A stretch of DNA of 64,000 nt, taken from assembly GCA_012841165.1 (NCBI GenBank), contig DUVF01000012.1, forward strand, positions 2,977 to 66,976. The letters are read 5' to 3'. Below the pieces are notes generated by a model. It saw only the letters and a list, made by a program, of their open reading frames with translations. It had not been told where the DNA came from and did not search any database. This stretch comes from Clostridiales bacterium (lineage in GTDB: Bacteria; Bacillota; Clostridia; Peptostreptococcales; Anaerovoracaceae). Positions within the stretch are counted from its first letter, which is position 1. Each line of letters begins with the position of its first letter. The position numbers and the translations under genes were made by a program. This document shows, one piece after another, positions 57,300 to 64,000 of the stretch.

Positions 57300-59087
57300 A
57301 TGGAATTACAATTTGCGTCTACAGAAAAATTGGTACCTTTTAACCCCACAAACATATTATTCGAAATTTTAGATGGGGAGTATATTCGTCCGGTTTATCA
57401 GCCGATCGTCTCTTTGCAAAATGGTGTCGTTTTTGCTTATGAAGCTCTAAGCCGTATAACTCGCCCAAATTGTCATTTGAACATAGATGAACTTTTTGAA
57501 ATGGCGAAAAAAAATCAAAAATTATGGGAACTTGAAAGTCTTTGTCGCGCTAAGGCTCTAAAGGGAGCTTGTGAGAAACCTGCCCGAATGAAACTTTTCC
57601 TGAATGTAGAACCCAACATCATATATGACCCCGAATTTATTTCGGGGTTTACCCAAGAGAAACTTTTGAAATTAGGATTAAACTCGGAAGATATCATTTT
57701 TGAAATTACCGAAAAAACCGCTGTTATTTCGCCCGGTGTTTTTAAAAAAGCTCTCAGTCATTATCAAAATCAAGGTTTTAAAGTCGCGATAGATGACTTT
57801 GGACTCGGTTATTCCGGGTTGGCCAGAATATGCTCTTTTTCTCCTGATTATTTGAAAATTGACATGTCTATTGTGCGGGGAATCGATAAAGACAAGAAAA
57901 AACGTTCGGTTGTTTCAAGTATCGTCCGGCTCTGTAGAGAGGTCAACATAGAAGTTGTTGCCGAAGGCATTGAAACAGAAGAAGAATTGGAAACTCTCAT
58001 TGAATTAGATGTGGATTATGGACAAGGATTTTTTTTAGGGCGTCCTGACGAAAAATTTCAAAGCCTGCGCGGAAAAGTAGAACTCATGATTCGACAGTTG
58101 CGCCAAATAAATCAATCTCCTCTTCCTTTGTATCCATATGTTGAAACCGTAGGGCTTATTTGTCAGCGCAATGAACCGGTTTCGCCGGACGATAAAGCTC
58201 TTTCGATTTACGAGCGAATGAAGCTTGATCCGTCCCTCACCGAGGTCTGTGTAACTGATGCAGAAGAAAATGTTTGCGGCTTTCTCACCCGGAGTTATTT
58301 GTTGGGGCGTTTCAGCGGACAATACGGCTATGGGTTGAACTACAGACGTAATATAGGAGAACTGTTGAATCAGGAATACATGACGGCAGATGCCGGTATG
58401 ACTGTGGAAGAAATAGCATCTCTAGCTATGGATAGAGATCACAGCAGCGTCTATGACGCAATAATTGTCACCGAAAAAGGAAAGTACCTGGGAGTGCTCA
58501 CCGTTCGGGATTTGTTGTTGGCCTCTATAAATATGCGAGAAAAAAGAGCCGCGGATGCCAGCCCGCTTACCGGTCTGCCCGGCAATAACAGTATTCAACA
58601 TACAATTGAAGCAGTGATTCGGGAAACGGAACCTTACGCCATCATCTATTTAGATTTAGACAATTTCAAAGCCTATAACGATGCTTACGGCTTTTCCAAC
58701 GGTGATTCCATGCTCAAGACCTTAGCTCAAGCTATGATTCAGTGTTGCTCCGAGAAAGATTTTCTTGGGCATATCGGCGGTGATGATTTTGTAATTATTA
58801 CCCGTCGCCGGGATAAAGAGAGTGTACAGAGTTTGTGTGATAATATCATAAGTGTGTTTTCTAAATTAATTCAGCCACTCTACTCTCCTTTAGATTGGGA
58901 GCGCGGCTATATAGTTTCTAAAGATCGAAATGGTTTTATGAATACTTTCCCCATCACTACTTTGTCTATGGCTGTCGTTACCAATTATAATAATAGCTTT
59001 GATGAAAGTGCTACTTTGTCCAATGCAATTGCTGAAGTTAAAAAACTGTGTAAACAAAAAAAAGGCAATGCTGTTATAATCTCATAA
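57300..59087 (+). CDS. c-di-GMP signalling protein with EAL - CBS pair - GGDEF-like domain order
   Basis: The EAL domain has YEALSR, EITE, DDFGLGYS, KIDMS, EGIETEEE and GQGF. A CBS pair sits in the middle. The C-terminal domain has PLTGLPGN, DLDNFKAYNDAYGF and a GGDDF motif. The gene is visibly AT-rich. Confidence 0.85.
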   Translation: MELQFASTEKLVPFNPTNILFEILDGEYIRPVYQPIVSLQNGVVFAYEALSRITRPNCHLNIDELFEMAKKNQKLWELESLCRAKALKGACEKPARMKLFLNVEPNIIYDPEFISGFTQEKLLKLGLNSEDIIFEITEKTAVISPGVFKKALSHYQNQGFKVAIDDFGLGYSGLARICSFSPDYLKIDMSIVRGIDKDKKKRSVVSSIVRLCREVNIEVVAEGIETEEELETLIELDVDYGQGFFLGRPDEKFQSLRGKVELMIRQLRQINQSPLPLYPYVETVGLICQRNEPVSPDDKALSIYERMKLDPSLTEVCVTDAEENVCGFLTRSYLLGRFSGQYGYGLNYRRNIGELLNQEYMTADAGMTVEEIASLAMDRDHSSVYDAIIVTEKGKYLGVLTVRDLLLASINMREKRAADASPLTGLPGNNSIQHTIEAVIRETEPYAIIYLDLDNFKAYNDAYGFSNGDSMLKTLAQAMIQCCSEKDFLGHIGGDDFVIITRRRDKESVQSLCDNIISVFSKLIQPLYSPLDWERGYIVSKDRNGFMNTFPITTLSMAVVTNYNNSFDESATLSNAIAEVKKLCKQKKGNAVIIS

Positions 59088-59132
59088 GCATATTGCTGCA
59101 AAATATTCCTTATCGCATCTGTTTTGTTTTTC

Positions 59133-59215
59133 TGGTGCGCGCGGAGGGACTCGAACCCCCATGGTTTCCCGCCAGGACCTAAACCTGGTGCGTCTGCCAG
59201 TTCCGCCACGCGCGC
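59133..59215 (-). tRNA. tRNA-Leu (anticodon UAG), class II with long variable arm, CCA encoded
   Basis: Folded by hand. Acceptor stem GCGCGCG/CGCGCGC, anticodon stem CCAGG/CCTGG with loop TTTAGGT (anticodon TAG, G37), a 12-nt variable arm, T-loop TTCGAGT, and a 3' ACCA. Total length 83 nt. Confidence 0.93.
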
Positions 59216-59246
59216 ATTTAATCAGCTCTGCATTTAACTGGCTCTA

Positions 59247-59275
59247 ATTATACTATGCCGCCGAATCAACTGTAA
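59247..59275 (-). promoter_or_regulatory. candidate promoter of tRNA-Leu (TTACAG-17-TATAAT)
   Basis: Minus-strand hexamers at 59275-59270 and 59252-59247, about 30 nt upstream of the tRNA 5' end. Confidence 0.5.
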
Positions 59276-59445
59276 AGCATCGATAAATCAGTATCGTAAC
59301 AACACCGGCTGTAACAATGCCGACCTGCGGGGTTTGGCATATTCCCACAGGCCGGCTCCTTTTTAGGAAGCGTCCGACGCAAATTGCTTCGATTTCAAGG
59401 CAAATCGCGAAGTTTTTTCGTCATGCCTCTTGCTAAGATTTTTCG

Positions 59446-60588
59446 TTATGCCCGCATACTCAAAACATCCGCGAAGGCTTCCAGTGAGGTTCTGGCCTGG
59501 CCAAAATCCTTGATCTGGTGATCGTAACCGATCTTCAGGAGAGGAATGTTGGCTTCTTTTAAACCCTTCATCAGCGAAGGATATTCCATCTCTTCGGGAT
59601 CGCAGAAGGTCATCATCAGCACTACCACGCCCTGGGCGCCCGATTGGCGAACCATTTCCACAATGTGCGGCGGGCGGGAATTGATGGCCGGATCATACAG
59701 CAAAGGATCCTGATCCTGCTCAGCAAACTGCTCGGCCAGTGCTTCCATGGGATCTTTATCTTCGGCGGCATCGATCCTGATGGCGCGCGATTCATGCGCT
59801 ATGTCATCGGCCACGATGGCGATCTTCAAGTCGTCAAAGATTCCCAACAACTCCGGGCTGTCGGCAATGATGCCGGAGGTGACGATTTTAACGCCGGGCC
59901 AATCCACTGCCGGAGCAGCTGCCAACAACTGATTCAATTCCTCAAGCCAGGCAGTATGTTCGGACTTTTCCATGAAAAAAGTGCTCTTTAATACCTGGCT
60001 GCGCTGTACCGCGGTCACCAGCTCCGGATGCTGGCCGGCCAACTTAACAAATTCTCGCCTGGCCTTACGGCTACGATTGAAGACCCGGATCGCTTTCGCC
60101 AGATCTTCCGGGCTGGCCTTCCGGCCGGCGATGTCTTCCAGTTGATTCAATATTTTCGTGTATATGACCCGAGTGTACTCCTTGCCATAATCGGGTTTCC
60201 GATTCTGGGGATGGGCCAGAAAAATCATTGGTATCTGCTCGATCGCGATCCTGAAATTCTGAGAACCCGGACGCAGCGTATCGCAGAGTGTGCTATGGAT
60301 CACACCGGAGAGCTGATCTAGTTCACCGCTGAGAGCCATTTCCAAATTCATTTGCACCAGCGAACAGTAGAAAGAAGCGAAGTATTCTTTCGCTTTATTG
60401 GGGCTGCCCGGCTTTCCCCAGAGGCCCATCGGCACCATGCCGGTGGCATGGACCAGTTCTTCCGGAGCATAATAGGGGTAGCAGCCGATGACTTTTTTGC
60501 CGGCCGCAATATGGGCGTCCAGCTGCCGCTTGGGTTGTTCCGCTGCTTCCGCGAAACGATTCAGCAGATTTTCAATCTTATTGCTCAT
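59446..60588 (-). CDS. 2-hydroxyacyl-CoA dehydratase, beta-type subunit (HgdB/HadC/FldC-like)
   Basis: 380 aa of the HgdB/HadC size class, third in an activator-alpha-beta gene order. It follows the alpha-type gene by 3 nt and has an AAGGGAGAG RBS. Confidence 0.8.
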   Translation of the reverse strand: MSNKIENLLNRFAEAAEQPKRQLDAHIAAGKKVIGCYPYYAPEELVHATGMVPMGLWGKPGSPNKAKEYFASFYCSLVQMNLEMALSGELDQLSGVIHSTLCDTLRPGSQNFRIAIEQIPMIFLAHPQNRKPDYGKEYTRVIYTKILNQLEDIAGRKASPEDLAKAIRVFNRSRKARREFVKLAGQHPELVTAVQRSQVLKSTFFMEKSEHTAWLEELNQLLAAAPAVDWPGVKIVTSGIIADSPELLGIFDDLKIAIVADDIAHESRAIRIDAAEDKDPMEALAEQFAEQDQDPLLYDPAINSRPPHIVEMVRQSGAQGVVVLMMTFCDPEEMEYPSLMKGLKEANIPLLKIGYDHQIKDFGQARTSLEAFADVLSMRA

Positions 60589-60591
60589 TGG

Positions 60592-61842
60592 TTACTCTCC
60601 CTTCTTCTGGGCTTCCATAATTTCAAACAAGCCCTGCACCCTGGTATTGTACTGGGCTTCCGAGAAGTTGCGCGGGTCGGCCTGATCACCGTCGAAACCA
60701 ACCACACCCACTCCCAGATTTTTACGGAAACGGCGTTCCATTTCCGGCATATAGCCGCTCCAGGGCTTGCAGCTGCGGTTGTAGTGAACCAGCACGCCGT
60801 CCACCTTGTTCTCCCGGCAAATGCCTTCCCGCCATTCGACGCCCGTCTCCAGGCAAACCGAATTGGGCGCCTTGCAATATGCCCGGATCATTTCTTCCAT
60901 ATTGTTGTAGACAAACCCAAACGCCGGCGCATAGACGACCGCCGTAGTATTTATGCCTTTTTCTTTGAGCGGCTTGAACAGCTTCTGCAACTCCGGCCAG
61001 CAGGGAATCCCCTCGAACATGATGCGATGATTTTCATCGTAGCGCCAGGTCGATTTCCCTTCAGCGACATTTCTTTCGTACTCTTCCGCCAATGCTTCAA
61101 AGGCTTCAGCTGATTCTTTACGGCAGCGTGCTGTCACGACATCAGCCATGTGATTGAACAAATCGAAGCCGCTCAATGGTGATGGTTTATACTGGCAGTA
61201 GGAGCAGGCTTTCAGCCAGGCCTGGGCAGTACGGTTAGCGTTGGCGCAAACTTCGGCAAACTTATCTTCATCGAATTTCCGTCCGGAAATTTCTTCCAGC
61301 TGTTTGATTGCGTCATCGAACTGCGCCTTGATATAGGTGATGTTTTCTTCGTTCACCTCGTCCGTATTGTTGTATGGAATATCGATCATGATCAGCGGGA
61401 TGTCGTGCATCCGGGCAAGATTTTCATACCATTTGGTCATGCAGTTGCAGATGTTGTTGCAGCAGAGCACGAAGTCCGGTTGCGGCATCGGCCGCTCGTC
61501 TCCGCCGGCGCCAGCGGCATAGGCTAGAGAAATGCGAGCGTAACCGCAGATATCATTGTCATAACCAAGCGCCTCGGCATATTCGCACATCCTCTGCCCG
61601 CCATGCTTGGCTGCTATGGCGGCAGCCTGATTTTCCGGATAGCAGACCCGCAAGCCAAGCGTCTCAGCAATTTCCGCCGGGAACTTAGATGCCGACCAGC
61701 CGACCGGCTCGCCCCGTTCTTTGGCGTCCCAGGCATCCTGATAAACTTTTTCGACTACTTCGCGCAACCACACCTTGGCCGGTTTTTCCGTTTCGGCCGG
61801 TGGCGCCGCGTTGCTTTGCGCATTATTTTTTAGTTCCGTCAT
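60592..61842 (-). CDS. 2-hydroxyacyl-CoA dehydratase, alpha-type subunit (HgdA/HadB/FldB-like)
   Basis: Typical sequence EPVGWSASKFPAEIAETLGLRVCYPENQAA...ICGYARI. I placed the start at MTELKNN (ATG 61842), preceded by AAGGAG inside the end of the activator gene. The track ORF start 61956 would overlap the activator gene. Confidence 0.8.
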   Translation of the reverse strand: MTELKNNAQSNAAPPAETEKPAKVWLREVVEKVYQDAWDAKERGEPVGWSASKFPAEIAETLGLRVCYPENQAAAIAAKHGGQRMCEYAEALGYDNDICGYARISLAYAAGAGGDERPMPQPDFVLCCNNICNCMTKWYENLARMHDIPLIMIDIPYNNTDEVNEENITYIKAQFDDAIKQLEEISGRKFDEDKFAEVCANANRTAQAWLKACSYCQYKPSPLSGFDLFNHMADVVTARCRKESAEAFEALAEEYERNVAEGKSTWRYDENHRIMFEGIPCWPELQKLFKPLKEKGINTTAVVYAPAFGFVYNNMEEMIRAYCKAPNSVCLETGVEWREGICRENKVDGVLVHYNRSCKPWSGYMPEMERRFRKNLGVGVVGFDGDQADPRNFSEAQYNTRVQGLFEIMEAQKKGE

Positions 61843-61846
61843 CGCC

Positions 61847-62665
61847 TTAAATCTCCTTCTTCTTGCTTCTCTGCCAAGCGAACAATGCCGCCCCCAAAGC
61901 GCCATTGTACTGGGCCAGTTCTGTCGTAAATATATCATGTTCCAATTCTTCTTCAAGAGCTAATCGCACTCCGTCGTTAAGCGCAACGCCGCCCGTCATC
62001 ATGACATCGTCGACTAGACCGATCCGGCGGGCCAGCGCCCCTACGCGGCTGGCGACCGCGCGATGGATGCCCTTGATAATATCTCTTTTATGAGTGTTGC
62101 GAGCCAGTTGGGAAATGACTTCCGATTCGGCGAAAACCGTACAGGTAGAGCTTATTCGGACTTCATTCTGCGATTCGGCCGACAACTTCTCCAAATCATC
62201 CAGTTTAACTTCTAAGACACGGGCCATCACATCTAAAAAACGTCCCGTGCCGGCGGCGCATTTGTCGTTCATGACAAAATTCTCAAGAATGCCGTTTTCA
62301 TCGATCCGCATCACTTTGGCATCCTGCCCGCCTATATCAATAATTGTGCGCACGGCCGGGTGCTGGAAATAGGCGCCGCGGGCATGGCAGGACAGTTCGC
62401 TCATCTCGGAATGGGCAATTTCCAGAGAATGTCTTCCATATCCGGTCGACATGATATGCGTCATGTCTTCCAATTTAAGGCCGGAATCTTTTAGAACAGC
62501 CGCTATCACCCGATCCGGGCCGCTCGTGCCGGCGCCGACATCGATTAACGATTTGGCTACGATTTCCTTGCCTTCCGCCATAATGATACACTTAGACGCC
62601 GTCGAGCCGATGTCGACTCCCATTGAATACTTTCGCGAAACGGCGGTTCCAGCTATTTCACTCAT
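61847..62665 (-). CDS. hgdC: 2-hydroxyacyl-CoA dehydratase activator (BcrAD/BadFG ATPase, HgdC/HadI type)
   Basis: 272 aa with the ASKHA motif GVDIGSTASK and cluster-bridging Cys contexts DKCAAGTGRFLD and SSTCTVFAESEVIS. Confidence 0.88.
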   Translation of the reverse strand: MSEIAGTAVSRKYSMGVDIGSTASKCIIMAEGKEIVAKSLIDVGAGTSGPDRVIAAVLKDSGLKLEDMTHIMSTGYGRHSLEIAHSEMSELSCHARGAYFQHPAVRTIIDIGGQDAKVMRIDENGILENFVMNDKCAAGTGRFLDVMARVLEVKLDDLEKLSAESQNEVRISSTCTVFAESEVISQLARNTHKRDIIKGIHRAVASRVGALARRIGLVDDVMMTGGVALNDGVRLALEEELEHDIFTTELAQYNGALGAALFAWQRSKKKEI

Positions 62666-62759
62666 TATTTCCTCCGCAGATTAACTTATATATCAAACGA
62701 CTCGCTGATGATTCTGTTACTACCTGTATATAAGCTTTCTCAAACAATTTTTACAGTCC

Positions 62760-64000
62760 TTACAGCAGAACCATCGTAATCCAGGGCACATAGGTGACCA
62801 ACAACAATACGACAATCAATGACAGTATAAAGGGAATTATCGTCTTAAACAAACTGGCAACCGGTACTTTGGCGATCGCCGCAATGACGAACAGATTCGG
62901 TCCATAGGGCGGCGTACAGAAACCAATCGCCAGATTCAGCGTCAGAACAACGCCGAAAGTAATCGGAGTCAGGCCGCACTGAACCACAACCGGCAACAGA
63001 ATGGGCGACAGGATGATAGTCGCAGGAATATTATCGATCAGACAGCCTACAATCAATAGGAAAAAGTTTATGATGAGCAGGATGATTATAGGATTATCCG
63101 ACAGCGTCAGAATGCCTTTGGCAATTTTCACCGGTATCTGCGAAATACTCAGATATGCAGCAAAACCGCTGGATAAGCCTACCATGAATACCGTGATACC
63201 GTTGATCACCATTGTGTCATACAGCGCCCGATAGATGTTTTTCGGATTCAGTTCTTTATAGACGAATAAACCGATTACCAGCGAATAGACGACCGATACG
63301 ACCGCCGCCTCGGTGGGCGTGAATATGCCGGAGTAAATACCGCCCAACACTATGACAGGCGATAACAGCGCTAAAAAAGCGCTGCTGATATTCGACCAGG
63401 CCGTCTTGAATGTATAACGGGTCTCGCTGCCGCGATAGCCGCGTTTTCTGGCAATGATGTAGCAAGTGATCATCAAAGCGACACCCATCAAAATACCAGG
63501 TATGATGCCGGCGATAAAAAGATCACCGATCGATGTGCTGGTGACTACACCATAAATGACGAAGGGAATGCTCGGCGGTATAATTATGCCGATCGTTCCG
63601 GCGGCAGCCACCAGCGAGCTGGAAAAACTGACGTCGTACTTGCGTTTGGTCATTTCCGGCAGCATAAAGGAACCGACTGCCGAGGCTGTCGCCATAGCGG
63701 AGCCCGTGATGGCGCCGAAGAACATGCTGGTAACGATGGCGACCATGCCCAGCCCACCGGTGATCCGGCCGACAAAGACATCAAAAAACATAATCAGCCG
63801 CTTGGCTATACCACCGTGAGTCATGAGCAAACCGGCCAAAATGAAAAAGGGAATCGCCATCAGCGGGAAGGAATTCACACCCGAAATGGACAGCTGGGCG
63901 ACCATTGTCAATGGAATGCTGGAGCTGGTAACTATAGTCAGCACCGTAGCGACGCCTATAGCGTATCCTATAGGCATGCCGATGATGATGAGGACCAGCA
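62760..64000 (-). CDS. dctM: TRAP transporter large permease (DctM family); the 5' end lies beyond the right edge
   Basis: Polytopic, DctM-like sequence. The reading frame stays open upstream of the first listed Met (LVLIIIG precedes MPIGYA). Confidence 0.85.
   Translation of the reverse strand, partial: LVLIIIGMPIGYAIGVATVLTIVTSSSIPLTMVAQLSISGVNSFPLMAIPFFILAGLLMTHGGIAKRLIMFFDVFVGRITGGLGMVAIVTSMFFGAITGSAMATASAVGSFMLPEMTKRKYDVSFSSSLVAAAGTIGIIIPPSIPFVIYGVVTSTSIGDLFIAGIIPGILMGVALMITCYIIARKRGYRGSETRYTFKTAWSNISSAFLALLSPVIVLGGIYSGIFTPTEAAVVSVVYSLVIGLFVYKELNPKNIYRALYDTMVINGITVFMVGLSSGFAAYLSISQIPVKIAKGILTLSDNPIIILLIINFFLLIVGCLIDNIPATIILSPILLPVVVQCGLTPITFGVVLTLNLAIGFCTPPYGPNLFVIAAIAKVPVASLFKTIIPFILSLIVVLLLVTYVPWITMVLL

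Noticed and set aside
58985-59209. A 74-aa minus-strand ORF (MAELADAPGLGPGGKPWGFESLRAHQ...).
   Set aside because: It is a translation through the tRNA-Leu gene. GFESL/RAH-type peptides are the classic signature of translated T-arm and acceptor sequence.
57099-59215. A tRNA-Leu-associated genomic island.
   Set aside because: The AT-rich segment holds a single gene. There is no integrase, no mobility gene, and no direct repeat of the tRNA 3' end at the far border (57099-57300). The composition anomaly is kept as a finding, but an integrative element is not supported.
59321-59357. The hairpin GCCGACCTGCGGGG...CCCACAGGCCGGC downstream of the dehydratase genes, considered as a clean intrinsic terminator.
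   Set aside because: The stem is perfect (with G-U pairs) only on the minus-strand RNA, but the T-tract (TCCTTTTT) follows it only on the plus strand. It may still end the operon, but I cannot call it a canonical terminator for either direction.

Overview
This window looks like core chromosome from an anaerobic Firmicutes-type bacterium (Clostridia/Negativicutes-like gene content, roughly 50-55% GC by eye). I count about 55 CDS, one tRNA-Leu(UAG) and one SRP RNA. I see no rRNA, CRISPR, transposase, integrase, prophage or recognisable defence genes. Gene order: pncB (partial); uvrB-uvrA behind a Cheo/LexA box; citrate synthase; an orphan polytopic membrane protein; ffs-dnaX-ybaB-recR; DUF364 and AIR-synthase-like genes; pcrA-ligA; usp; rubrerythrin; trimeric HydC-HydB-HydA [FeFe]-hydrogenase; two PaaI thioesterases; a uridine-kinase fusion; paaK-ACT; a PC4-like gene; a long minus-strand array (xpt, BMP nucleoside ABC importer, DJ-1, MFS, PHP); metNIQ; trxB; coaX/coaBC; a co-directional liv-type ABC / creatininase-family / asparaginase array; glgX; a heterodimeric ABC exporter; an AT-rich EAL-CBS-GGDEF gene; and dctM followed by hadI/B/C-like 2-hydroxyacyl-CoA dehydratase genes. 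Most of this is ordinary housekeeping, and I did not find a clear new multi-gene system. The leads worth a second look are: (1) the liv-type ABC + creatininase + asparaginase array, preceded by three tandem 15-nt repeats; (2) the TRAP-linked 2-hydroxyacyl-CoA dehydratase of unknown substrate; (3) an orphan membrane protein faintly resembling NuoH/HycD, with a near-consensus promoter and a perfect 21-bp palindrome; (4) an H-cluster L1 motif in HydA that reads TSCSPGW instead of TSCCPxW; (5) a compositionally deviant EAL-CBS-GGDDF gene next to the tRNA; (6) two repeat-rich intergenic regions. All functional calls rest on motif recognition in the supplied translations; no searches were run.
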